DNA of 64,000 nt from the NCBI RefSeq assembly GCF_964204645.1, contig NC_134029.1, forward strand, positions 20,082,950 through 20,146,949. The letters are read 5' to 3'. Position numbers and translations under genes: made by a program. Shown here piece by piece: positions 51,601 to 64,000 of the stretch (within the stretch, counting starts at the first letter, position 1; each line of letters opens with the position of its first letter). Under the pieces are notes generated by a model that saw nothing but the letters and a program-made list of their open reading frames with translations, did not search any database and was not told where the DNA came from. This DNA comes from Tubulanus polymorphus (Eukaryota; Animalia; Nemertea).

Positions 51601-52048
51601 TTGTATTATCGCCAAAGCAAATTTCACGGCTAAACTACAAATGGAAAAACCCGGCCTAAAATGAATTATATCTGATTGGCTAATAATGACATCATCTAAG
51701 TAAGCACTTGGTCTAGCGTGGCAGGCTTTCGCACGAAGTTACCAGTTTTGAGTCTCGATGCCATCAGATTCTAATCCCTGCCAGGGGAGAATGGCACCCT
51801 TAAGGACAGTGTACTTAGAGGCTTGAAGCAAAAATATGTGTCGGTATCGCTGTTGTACTAATTGATGTTCTATTTGTAGGTATCGTTGCGTGGTAGCCTA
51901 CCCGTCCACTAGTGATATAGAACTCGAACTGAAAGTGGGCGACGTCATTTACGTGCACAAAAAACGCGACGACGGCTGGTTCAAAGGCACCCTCGCGCGC
52001 ACCGGTAAAACCGGCCTGTTCCCTCGAACATTCGTCGAATTGTTCTAA
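42658..52048 (+). CDS. SH3RF1: E3 ubiquitin ligase SH3RF1/POSH family (RING plus four SH3 domains)
   Basis: Exons 42658-43005 (RING: [31 protein letters not shown]), 44699-44760, 45519-45633, 46401-46502, 46621-46716, 46975-47012, 47500-47926, 48585-48688, 49082-49249, 49344-49431, 50081-50419, 50870-51159 and 51880-52048. SH3 motifs [51 protein letters not shown] and VAYP..DGWFKG..GLFP. Co-orthologous to vertebrate SH3RF1-3. Confidence 0.93.
51561..51788. mobile_element. MITE (CCCCTGGCAGGGATT termini); a related, nested-into copy lies at 58531-59030
   Basis: Inverted termini CCCCTGGCAGGGATTCAAAACTGATAGCATC / GATGCCATCAGATTCTAATCCCTGCCAGGGG; shared internal CTGATTGGCTAAT..GACATCATCTA. Confidence 0.65.
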
Positions 52049-52235
52049 CGACGGCTCGTTACCCGTTTAAAAAAAGATCTGTCGACGCTTTTCTCTCTGT
52101 CTCTTTCACCTGTTATTAATAGACTACAGGGTAAAATCATCATTGATATATTAATGTCATTGTCGATATTTTAGTATGAAATGAGTACGATATGTAATTG
52201 TTTCTATGAATATTATAATTGATTATGTCATCTAT

Positions 52236-52269
52236 CATTATTATTATTATAATAATAATTATTATTATT
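52236..52269. repeat. (ATT)n/(AAT)n microsatellite
   Basis: Directly visible trinucleotide run in the SH3RF1 3' region. Confidence 0.8.
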
Positions 52270-55200
52270 GTTAATATATGATTATCGAATGCATTTAATG
52301 CTTGCATCGAATACTGTTTGACGTGTCTTCGGCCTTGTGTTCGATACAACGCGTGCTAAAATTGGAATTAAGCGCGCGTAATTTTGCCTTTTGGAATCTT
52401 TAGCGGATGTTCCATTTTATAGCATACGAATGCGAAACAAGCAGCCCTGACTATGACTACTACCGGTATTTGAGAGTAGTCGAGTTTCTCCTCTTACGAG
52501 CTCAACTAATCACAAAAAGATCGAAATACTCTCAAAATTAGAATAATTTCTAGTTCATTTTCAATTGAACCACTATTTTTCATGTCAAATTTCTCTCCTT
52601 CCTACGATTAGAGATATATCAGGTAGTCTGGTATGGAACAAGAGGTATTGGTCAACATTATTCTTATGTACATGTACGTGTATGAAATACTTGTACAAGT
52701 ATTTCGAGTTTGGCCGAGGCACAAATATACAAAACGCGATGATAGTTTGCACGTCGTAATAAATGGATCACTTGTCGATGAAGAAACGCTAAAAAACAAA
52801 ATGGTTTCGCGTATTACGCGTGAGAAGCATATTTATGTCTTCTATAGTTCTCACTCGAAAGTACATGAATATTATACTGAATTGTGTGCAATAAGCTATT
52901 AGTGATACGGACAAATTTCGACCGAATATGAAATATCGAAACGGTTGTTGGGTATTGTTTTACTCATTGTAGCAACTTTTTCATTCAAATGACAGATCAC
53001 GATGTATGAATTTGCTACGGTAGACCTCGGCGTCGACTTACGCTGTTAAGCGTATACGCTTTCGTATAAGCAGGTTTAATCGTAGAAAACTGTAATCTAT
53101 CGGAAATTCTGTTTTTTTTCCCCGACCTTTTTTTAGTCGACTGGTTAACATGATTATTTTCTTGAATCGACCCAATGGGAATAGGGCGCTCGTACCGTAA
53201 TCAAAATTAATGATAATAAAGTTCTCTTTCTCCCTACCTCAAAAGAAATAAACCTTACTGAAAAATAAACTGGTTCGTGTGTTCAGTCTGTAATTTGACT
53301 CGGTATTTTAAACGATATGTGTAATATTTTAATTTTCACTCGTTATGGTATTTCCATACCTGTAGGTGTGGTCAGTGTTAATTCAATGTTTTAATTAGGC
53401 AAGTGTTGTCAAGTCCGATCAGGCAAATCGTGTACAGTTGATGTAATTTCGCCTGGATTAAGCCCTACCCGCTCCTGTTTTTAGTGATGACTTGAATTCG
53501 TATTGCTCTACACCCTAACCAGGCTCGGTCTACTAGACGGGAAAATAAAGGCGAATTTATCAGAACGTATACAATTCTTAGTACTATCACTCGAGCTGCA
53601 TCTTTATCAATAGCTGTACTAGTTTTGCACTCTGCACAACTTTCCAAGGGTGAACTCAATTTGGGTGCTGTACATACTTGCCTTAACATGCTCAAGATGC
53701 ATGGTAACCCTGAGTGCAACCGAGAAAAAATTGATTTCGGCCATATTTGTTGCAACGAAAACCATCATTACTCATTTATCCAGAAAGGATACCTTGCACT
53801 TGAGTATCCAATAACCCTCGAATACCATACCTGGAATTGGGTTTGTTTTGATAAGTTCGCTTTGATTCGTCACTGGCCAGTTCCGTAATAGTTTGTGATC
53901 ATTTGAATAAGATTAGCCCTTGAGTCTAACTTAGTCTTCGTTAAACATAAAAATGAGACTGGTGCGTTAGCATAGTTGGTTTTGTTCGTGAAATATTTGC
54001 TCAAGATGAGTTCAACAATTTTAAACTACTGGTACGTATTTCCGTAGAACTATTACACAGTTCTGTGGTATTTGTGATAAACGGATATAAGTGGCATTGC
54101 AAGTGAGCGACGACACACCTAGGTGTGACTTTCTCTCGATAATTACATACTGTTGTATTAGTACGAAGTAGGGCGCTATAACCTCAGGCCAGTCGGTTCA
54201 AATACTCATTTTGTACTGCAGCGAGGATGAATTTAACTGTTGTTGATTTCTCCTCGGTTTAACTGAATATCACTGTTGTGATTGGTAACGCTATATTAAT
54301 TGACGCCATGGCAGACGTGTACATGTAACTAACATGCCATCGAAATTAAACACTTCAAATTCATCTTCTGTTTGCTATCTGCATGTTCTGTAATCCGGGG
54401 AAATCATGTGATCATGCCATGTAACTATTTAACGCATTTTTTTCAGGCTTTTAGATTTGGTTTCTCCGATGCCTGATTAGAAATATGTCTTCGTACATTT
54501 TTCTGGTACGTTTTTACATTGTCTTTTCCGCGTGATTCTGTGAACGAATCCGAATATTATTATCGTGTATGTACAGTACCTAAAAAAAATAAACTGCTAT
54601 TTCTAGCTCAAAGATTTTCTGGAAAATGATCAACTACCGTTGGGTCCTCCTGTGTCATGATAGATGAGACAGTGGCTATCTATTTGAAATGTAATCAGGG
54701 ACATTTAGCAAGCTTTTGCTGTTTATATATAAGTACAATGTAATTATCATCATCAATCATTTGAGAATTCACTACTCTTTTTCATGGCTGTATTTTGTAA
54801 ATGGTTTATGAACCTCGGCGATTTTTACCTGCATGCTTGTGTACATGATGTCATATTATTTATTACGTGTATGTTTACCCGCGACGGATGATTCTTGCGT
54901 CGTCTGTTCAGAGTTCGAATCGCTCGCGCACAGCTACTGCAATATCATCTGTTGCGCAATCTTAAAGGCTTCTTATATTACGATATATGTAAACTTGACT
55001 GCTGGCAGTCGAAATTCATTGCGTTAGAACAAGCTCCTCAGTACAATCATTACACGTCCTCTCTTTATTTTAAACATTATTCACTGTTTATGGTACCGTA
55101 CACGAGCTACTGTGTTATCAATTATCAGTTGGTTGGATATTCCAGGTAAACATGGCTGTACCTTCCTTTTGTATATTCCTTCGAGAATTGCGATATGTTT

Positions 55201-57386
55201 GTGGTTATATCTCTATGGCTTAACAAAATATGTTATTTGGCAAACGAAGGTGTCGAGTATTTTAACCTTTAAATAGAGCTTCCAATCCCGAAATTTAATT
55301 TCCATTTGGTATTAAAATGCTGTAAATTATACATTGTCTACCAAAAGTGACACAGGCCATTATATCCATTGACCAATAGCACTACAGTAGAACTCGATTA
55401 ATTCGGATTACTAGGGACTGCACAGATTTCTCGGAATTAAGAGTAATAGTTTACATGGTTTCGGGTGAAATGGACCAAATATTTTCATCCGAATCGATGA
55501 AAATCTGGATGGAAAAATCTGAATTAAGCGAGTTCTACTGTGTTATAGATGGGCCTCTTGAGGTGAACTTGTTAACTCCTCGCAGCAAAGCAACCGTGAA
55601 AATTTTGGATCAAGCACATGCTTGTGAGGGTTTAATGAGTACCAGTATCAGAGTATAACTGAAATCAGTATTTCGTTCTGTGCTGGTAAGAATGGATCAT
55701 TTTTTTGTTGTAACTGAGGAACTTGTAGCTTTTCCATCTCCCGTCGAAAATAAGCATATTTATCCCGCTAACATGCACCAGGTTCGATACTATTATACTT
55801 AACTGTGAATTTGTTCACCTTTGCGTGAGCTCGGCTTTCCAGCCGATTGTGCCCTTATTTGCGTGCATTACTTCCATTTGAAGATGGTCCATCGATCCAT
55901 TTCAACTTTCACAAAGTTAGTGAAATAGAATCACGTATAGCTACCAACATCATCAAAAGTGTAAAACATGGTGTTTTTTTATATCGGGAATACCTTTGAT
56001 TGTTTTTAAAGACTTTTATTTGTAAGATGCTTACCGGTAATTAGAACATTTGAATGTAATAGCATCAAAATCATCATAGCTTCGAAGAATAAAATCGTTA
56101 AACTTAGTTCATTTACATGTTCTGTAATTCATTGCTTTGTCGTAAAATGGCTCTTCGAATCCGGCGATATACATTAACATACAGCTCATCACTGTGATTA
56201 TCATCAGTTATATTTTGTTTTGCAGGGATACATTTTTGTAATACGTATTGTATTTTGTTTCTGAAGACAGATCATGTAGTAGCGTGTATTGTGTATACCG
56301 AATTAACAAAAAAAAAGGTAGCAAAAATTCAGCTGTTATACAATTATTATTACTATTCAATAAAATGGTTACTCTTAATACAGATTATTTGTCAGTCCTT
56401 TGTTCAAATGTTTGGTGTTTTTTCAACATCCAATAGAACAACGAACAAGTGTGGAAACTTCAAGAAGGGACCAAGAATATGTTCACGTTTATGGCGATAA
56501 ATCCTCAGAATTGGTTATTCCATTGAAAGACTAGAAAATTGACAAATATCACTTCCCCCATTCCTGACTATCACCTATTCTAAATTTCAATTTGTCAGGT
56601 TAATTGTACACGAATGTAATATGTTATTGTTTTTTAGTCCCCTTCCATCTATGAAGGCTTATCTAAAGAATTCTCAATGTACGGGGCTCATTTGGAGATC
56701 GATGAGAACAGACAGTGACCAATAGCTAGCCAAGGAGCAGATCTAGGCGTAAGATTAAAGGGTATTGACAAATATTTTAGGGCTAATCAATAAGAGGACA
56801 TTCTCACAGCAGTTTCTAGAACTCTTCCAACTAAATTATGCCTTTGTTATACAGAAAATGCCCTTTTTAGTTTTTATCGACAAAATTGTGGCTTTTGGCC
56901 AAGATGCCTTTAACTGAATGGGCACTCAAAATTCTGAGGGTATTCCGAGGTCTTGCGAGACCCCCTGGCTTCAACCACTCAGTCACTATGCCTTCCAGCC
57001 CTTTCACAATATAAGGCCAATATACTCGAAACAAAATTTTGGCTGTTGAACAAAACCAAGAAACCACTTAGATAATATAAGCCGATGAAAGCTTCCCTGT
57101 TGGTGGTCCCACACGCAAGGATAAACACAATTGTTCCGCATTCGACAAAATCCTTTCAAGTCATTTATAATTTATTCACTTAATCTTAATATATGTACAA
57201 TACATACACATGTATTTACAGTTTGATAATTAAAAACAATTTATTCACATGAACATTTTCGCAAATCATTAATATCTAAGGTGTCTCGTATATAACTCGT
57301 ATAATAAAGATTGTTTCTTTTCTCTCAAAACGTATCTTGAAAGAGAAATACTGGTAAATCACAGATCTTATAAAAATATGCATCCT

Positions 57387-60300
57387 CTAGGAGCTAGATT
57401 CCGTAACACTTTGTCGTTGTATGGCTAGATTCTTTAGGAAAAATTCCCCTGAAAATCGAGCGAAGATTATCATTAATAAGATTTCATGTTTAAGTCTCTT
57501 CAGCAGTCATAAAGAACAGTTACAACTAAGGGATTCAAGTACTCGGGTATGTTATCGCCTTATCCTGAAAATCCGTACATAGGGGTGCTAAGAATGAATA
57601 ACTACCTGCTTTGTAAGATGATCTGACTAGAGGTCCACTGGCTGTGTAAGCAAATCCCATTTTCTCGCCCATCTCCTGCCAATATTGGAACTTCTCCGGC
57701 GTAACGTATTCCTTCACTTTTATATGTCTCTTCGTTGGCTGCATGTATTGTCCCAGGGTCAGGCAGTCCACGTCGATTTTACGTAAATCTAAAAAGAAAT
57801 GAGAATTGTATAGAAATTGAAACTTTTTCAAAACTAAAATTAAACTTATGAAGATGATGATAGGGAAATAAATCAATTATGAACTTCGAGAAAACTTTTT
57901 GAAATTTGACCCTGTTCTTCAGTGACGAGATCACGTCGCTGAAAAACAGTTTTAGTGCTAAGTTCTGCCACTTATATTACCACCCATTTTAATGAAGCTT
58001 AGTAGCTCAAAGACATACACACATACCAACAGTATGAAAATAAGGGTCTCAGCCCGAGAACCAATGTCCATGCAAAATCAAAATATGGATCTCACCTTCC
58101 ATGACTCGCATGATTTGATCATCAGTTTCACCGAGTCCCAACATCAACGATGTCTTTGAAATCATCATTGGTTTATACGACTTAACGTGCTTTAATACCG
58201 ATAGCGATTGTTCGTAATTAGCGCGGGGATCTCTTACTAACCTACAGAAATATACCGAAAACGTGTTAATTCACCAAACTACAGGCGAGTAGACTTGCTA
58301 CAAAATATTACCAGGCTACAATGTACATTACTAGATTGCTTACAGTTGTAATTCTTTCACAGTTTCCATATTATGAGCGTAAACATCCAAACGGGAATCG
58401 ACGATTGTCTCGACGCATTTTAAATCGCCTCGAAAGTCAGGAGTCAAACATTCGACCAGCGTAGAAGATGCTCTGTAATGAGATCATACACGTTTCAATC
58501 GATACAGCTTCAGCTTCATGGCAACTGCGTCCTCCCTCGGTAGGGGTTTGAACCTGATGTCATCGAGAGATTCGGCCACAGCGTGATATCTAGTCAGTAA
58601 CCTGTCCATGGTTTAGTTCAATCCAAAATCGGATACTTTCACAAACCACAAAGTATATTTTTGAAGCGTTACTTTTTTCAACCATGTTTTGGCCGTTGTC
58701 ATCCTAACGTTGGTATAAGCCCATCTGATTATAAAAGCTTACCATCAACGATTAGGTAACTAACTGCACGGAACCCTGCCTGACTAGCCCAAGTGCGCAG
58801 GTTTGCTACATGCTGCTCCAATCACATTGCCTGTTGTATAATTCGCTGAGGCAAATTCATGGATATTCAAAGCTCGGAAAAACCCAGGCTAAAATGAAAT
58901 GTGATTTCTGATTGGCTAATGACATCATCTATGCTGTACATGAACCTGCGCACTTGAACTAATCAGGTAGGGTTTTGGTCCCTGGCTGAGTCTAGCGATG
59001 CCATCAGGTTCAAATCCCCGCCAATGGAGGATGCTCATGGTCTGAAAAATGTTATCAATTTTACCGTTTTTTAATCTCCGTAACGGTCTGAGCGAAGTGT
59101 GCAGCCCCTCCATCGGGTAAATCTGAAAAGTTAAATATCGATGCAAAAAATTCAAGATTCTACTCGAACTGAAGAATAGTGACGAAAAATATGACAACTC
59201 ACTCACCATCTCTATCGACTGATGTCAGAACTACATAATCCAAACCCCAATCGGCGATAGCCTGAGCAGTATTCACCGGTTCATTAGGATCCGGTGCCGG
59301 TGGATTCCGCGCCGTTTTCACCGAACAAAATCTACATCCACGTGTACACGTATCGCCCAAAACCTATAAGAATATTAAACCGTTTGTACAGCAGGACCCG
59401 GAATAACGATATCGCAATCATTCGTTTCTTGCGTTAAAACTCACCATGATCGTCGCCGTTGCGGTCTGATTTTCACCACCGCCCCAACAATCTCCGATAT
59501 TCGGACACCTTGCTTCTTCGCAAACCTGACAACATAATCCGATCAATATGTACCGGTACTACTCACACACAATCAAGCGGCCACCAGTCTATATACTTAG
59601 CCAATGCATTGTTCCTACAGATTGATCTTTCCAGAATTCTAGGGGTTTTCTGATTGCATCAAATGCTTTGTTAAGAGGCAACCTGTCCGTCAAAGAAATC
59701 TTTGGCGGTGTTAAATAGAGCAATGAAGGTACTGCGGCCAGGATGCTTTTCCGCTGATGACGAGTCTTAGTGATGCTCGATATAGCAGATCTTAATAAGA
59801 TATTCTATCAATTTTCAAAACCCAGTTCTAGTTTGTTGGTTGAGTTTGACTCTGTAGTTTAAGATATTTCACTTCTAATGTTCCAACCTTAGAGCCAAAT
59901 CTTTAACTCAAATCTGTGGAGTAGGCTCCTTCTTGGGTTTATCGATACATAAACTTGGAATTTGAAATCCGTTCATCATATTCAAAACCAACAAACCGCG
60001 ACGTCGAAGAACAACTACCTATACGAATCATATAACCAACAGATTTGGCTGGTAATCATTTACTTACTGTGTGTAAATTGAGTTTCTTCAATGAAGTTTT
60101 AAGCCTTCTATAATTGTCGTTATATTTACTAGACTGATGATCGGTTTTCAGCCAAGGAGGGAGACGTAACCTGAATGAAAGGATATTGATACAACTCATC
60201 AATAATCTGGATTAACCAACCTGGTTATCTGGTTTAAGATGAAAGATCTGGATTAACCAGATTGAGTGAATTATTGCCTAACATGCGATAGATGTCGCAA

Positions 60301-60920
60301 GGTTCTAAATTCAAAATGAACACTCAGCGAGTCGGAAATTGCAAATTTTGTGCAATTAGGATTGAGTGAAACCCTGGGAAAACAGCCTCCAAAATTAAGG
60401 GATTTAAAGAATCCTCACTCAACAGACGCAATTAGATCTTATTTTGCACCTTTCTCCTTTTTTCTTCTTCAAATTGATACCGTCATAATTTTGCGTTACA
60501 GTTCCTTCGACAAAATCTCCGAAATCTGGTCCATTGGCAAGTTTTTCTTTCTGCTCTTTCGAAAGCGCAAGAAGCGGATGCCGCGTCGATGCCTAGTGCG
60601 AGATAGGAAATTGTAAAATTTCAAAAATACATTTTGGAATAGATTCCGGATAAATCAAAATCTTATGGCTTTTGCACGCATAAAAATGAAATGGGGATCA
60701 CCTGTCAAAATTTCAATAAATCAATTCGTATTTGACTTAAAAAAAGTTTCACAGCGTCCATTTCAAAATTTAAAAAACCTTGATTAAACCATTTCGAGCA
60801 AGAAATAAGCTCTTGAAATATTTTTTAATCTTTGTGGCTACTTACGAAACTTCTGGCATTTTTGTGTAGCGAGAAAACGGATATTTTATGTAAGTTCATT
60901 TCGCGTATAAGTACAGCCAT
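57387..60920 (-). CDS. LIAS: Mitochondrial lipoyl synthase (radical SAM), 378 aa, 10 exons
   Basis: Exons 60920-60846, 60592-60450, 60170-60068, 59525-59445, 59363-59207, 59122-59065, 58472-58344, 58241-58096, 57788-57606 and 57448-57387 (1137 nt total). Motifs [50 protein letters not shown]. Confidence 0.96.
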
Positions 60921-61628
60921 CTTTTCACCAATATAGTTTAAATTGAATTGGATTGTTGCAAATTCAATCGACTCGTCAATTACGATTTATTCATCATCAC
61001 AAAAATCTCACAAAATCAACAAGATTTGTAGCGACGATAATGCAAAGAAGAGAAAAAATGAGTACTATAGATTATTTACTTATTACAACTTTTTACACGA
61101 TTATCCCTCGAACAGAAATGAACGGATATTCTCGGAGCCATCCTTTTCTGAATTTACTAAGCAGTGGCAATTTTATTTCCGGGTCAGTCAGTTTGGATTT
61201 CTGCTTGTTGGAGGCATTCGAATATTATTTGCAAGCACTCGCCTCCACAGTTTGTTTCCACTTCTGCTGGTCTAAAAGGGCAGGAATTGTCGGATATTGA
61301 TGTTATATGCAATACAGAGCTTACCATAACCTTTTTTGTAAGTTTGCATTATTTATTCTTCGTTCATTTTCAATTTTGGGGATTCATTGCTTGCTGCATC
61401 GGTTTTTTGGCCGGTATTTAAAAAAAAAAAATTAGCTTAAAAAGCTATAAAAAATTTTTCTATTTTTTCAGGCAATATGAAATTGCGATATTGCCAGGAC
61501 AGTTTTGAATAAATTTTGTAAAGTTAGAAACAGTCACTTCGTATTACGCAAGATTTGGGCAATAGGCCAAATAATTGAAGTATTTACCTTTGATGCATTT
61601 TACCATCAAATGTAGGCCTATTTGGAAT

Positions 61629-62069
61629 CGGTCCTCCTTATTACCGAGATGATGTATTTTACCGAGATCAACCGAGATGAAATTAAATACATCATATTTA
61701 TCTATTCCTTATCGATTTTTACAATTGAAATCATATCAGTAATAAATGCCTGCTGGAGTCATATTTTACTTATTTTGTCGGATATTTTTTGTAAAAAAAA
61801 ATAACTTTTAACTTAACCGAGATGAGATCGTCGATCAATCAAATTCAATGGAATTTTATTGCTAACCAAGTTTACGTATTTGAAGTCAAAATTTTTTTAC
61901 ATAAAAAAATATGTAAAATATAACTTCTAGAAGGTTATTATTACTGATATAACATGATTTCAACTGTTAAAATCGATAAGGAATAGATAAATATGATATA
62001 TTTAATTTCATCTCGGTTGATCTCGGTTCATCTCGATAAAATACATCATCTCGGTAATAAGGATGACCC
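61629..62069. mobile_element. MITE with TIRs of about 40 bp and 8-bp TSD TTTGGAAT
   Basis: GGTCCTCCTTATTACCGAGATGATGTATTTTACCGAGAT / ATCTCGATAAAATACATCATCTCGGTAATAAGGATGACC; TSD at 61621-61628 and 62070-62077. A partial copy lies at about 15365-15510. Confidence 0.75.
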
Positions 62070-62945
62070 TTTGGAATTGCTTATGAAATGTGAATTTTAT
62101 TGTCTCTTACACTGTATTCCGGGTGAACTGAAGTATGAAGAGATGGCAGACTATTTAACGACTGCTTTCACATTGGTAACTGAAATATCTGACAGCTGCC
62201 AATGTCTGTGACACTTTTTATCTCAGCGACGACACTTAAATATAATATGTTAATATGAGTACCCGGGGTGTTCTTATGCCTGGAGAAATTAATCTCTCTA
62301 TAAGAGCGAGCTGTGGTTTATGTCTTATCGTGGAAGATCCAGATTATGACTGAAAAAGACGGGTCTGCGTTAATTAAATCATAAATAGAAACCTGCCGAT
62401 GGCATTATGCATTATTAAAAACAAATAGTGATAGATGATTATGGTCTCCATGTCTGTCATCGGAACATCTTTACGACTTGACAATCTTAGCCTCAATTAT
62501 ATGGTAGACCATGGATTCTAAAACGTCCATGGGTAGACCTAGGCTAAGTTGAAATTCCTATGAAGATATTAGCTGAAAGTTAACTGAGCTACGAATGTAA
62601 ACAGGGCTAGCTTACTACTATAAGGCCTATCAAGCTTACAACACTGGCCTCTCCGCTAATTGACGTTCATCAGAACGCTTTGAAAGTTCTTCTTTTACGC
62701 GGAAAGCAGCTAATTCGATGGATTGTGGTCGCCCTGTGTTGTCGAGAATATGAAAAAAGCAAATTGTAAGGACGTGGAAAAACGTGAAAATTCCAGAGTT
62801 CGTTAATCCAGCCCCTGCGTTTGTTATATATCTGAGGTCAGTTTTCTGCCGGGAAACTGGTCGTTCTTAAGTAACAAATCGAGAGAGTAATTACCCTTCC
62901 ACTGACCGCACCTTTCCTGTAAACAGTTCATCACTCGGGCTGTCT

Positions 62946-62959
62946 GTTTCCATGGTTAC
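62946..62959. promoter_or_regulatory. RFX X-box-like motif GTTTCCATGGTTAC
   Basis: Good match to the 14-bp X-box palindrome, outside any recognised repeat. Target gene not identified. Confidence 0.35.
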
Positions 62960-64000
62960 GTTGATACCGTATTGACAGTTGCGCCAAGTGAGATTTTAAC
63001 GGCGTTCCCAAATCATTTAAAAAGATATCTAACATTTAATATGGCTTTGTTGTCCTAACGATCAGATATGATTCTATTCTTTGAAAAGTCGATGTTTTTA
63101 AAGTTTTTCGATGCCTGCATTTACATGTAAGAAATGCTTGACATCTTAAAACGAATCTAATCATGTCGCGAAGATTTGAAGAACTGTTCTTCAGCGAGAA
63201 CCTTTGAGCATCATTTCTTTGTTGCGGGATCGTTGAGAATTTAACTGCATAGTTTAGCTCAGTTTGGACGGCTATCCTAGAGCCCAACGCGCATCCGATG
63301 CAGGGAAACAGGAGATGGAAACATGTTTCCTAGCGTTTCTCTGCGTCATGAGCATCTCCGAGAAATAAAAAACACGGTTTTGAGAAACGATGTTTCCAAG
63401 ATCAAACATGTTTGGTTCTACAGTGTCGGGGTTGAATTTGGCTTAGGGGATTTTCTCTTGGTTTCATCTGCTTTAGAGCCCGTTATTAAACCTTTGACTG
63501 TTCAGATTGAACTCAATCTGTTCGATTGAATCCAATCCAAGACCAAAAAGACAAAGGAATCATCTTCAGTTGATTACTGATTTTCAAAAGGTCATCAGTC
63601 GATATTATGAGAAAACTTCTGATTAATCGAGTTGAGAGTTATAGAGAACTTGCGTTTCGTGTAGTCGGTGATGAGGCCATCGGCGTCGTGTTAATTTACA
63701 GCGAGCGATTCTAATCTCGTTATTCCGAGAATCCGTCAAGGACATCGACGACGAACGAAATGGGAAACTTTTTTTCGTGTTTTGTCAGAAGAAAATATCG
63801 TCGCGGCGACCTTTCAAAATGTCGCCGGAATAATTCTCAGAAAAACATCCGCAGTTAGAGTTACATCAGAAGTCTTCGAAGTTTACGCGGTGGCGATATT
63901 ACCACTCCGTATAGGATAACAGTCACATATAAATCTGATATACGCGTTGCGCGCGGTGTTTACGGCGAACGAGTCATCTCCGATGATCCCGTTTAATTGG

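Noticed and set aside
51158-51886. AGGTATCGT repeated at both boundaries of the last SH3RF1 intron (intron-gain signature)
   Set aside because: Four of the nine bases are splice consensus, so coincidence is plausible without outgroups.
58531-59030. tRNA/SINE-like B-box GGTTCAAA(C/T)CC motifs
   Set aside because: They are the two inverted termini of a MITE family (also at 51561-51788); no cloverleaf or A-box.
61090-61271. Possible extra LIAS exon or transposase-like peptide (SKFRKGWLREYPF)
   Set aside because: LIAS is complete from the ATG at 60920. All minus-strand frames here contain stops, and the resemblance to a hAT zinc-finger N-terminus is too short to call.
1-64000. CRISPR arrays, rRNA, tRNA, autonomous transposase or reverse transcriptase
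   Set aside because: None seen; the DNA is eukaryotic and the repeats are TIR pairs or local duplications without repeat-spacer periodicity.

Overview
Intron-rich invertebrate animal genomic DNA: AT-rich introns full of MITE-like repeats and CpG-rich exons; probably lophotrochozoan, but the species cannot be fixed from sequence alone. Genes from left to right: (i) the 5' part of an unidentified minus-strand gene; (ii) INTS1 (-), one uninterrupted 1648-aa ORF that appears C-terminally truncated; (iii) COQ2 (+), head-to-head with INTS1; (iv) FHIP1/FAM160A (-); (v) SH3RF1/POSH (+), head-to-head with FHIP1; (vi) LIAS (-). The main finding is a tandemly duplicated, frame-incompatible COQ2 exon (131 vs 134 nt), the architecture of the ubiquinone/rhodoquinone splicing switch. 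The putative RQ exon has only one of the two diagnostic residues (L204-type but A243-type). Also notable are a 92-bp TIR element with a 9-bp TSD that carries an exact 31-bp copy of INTS1 coding sequence, and several 23-24-bp palindromic micro-insertions with perfect TSDs. Exon boundaries were read by hand (GT-AG plus phase consistency). Protein identities come from recalled family motifs; no database search was run.
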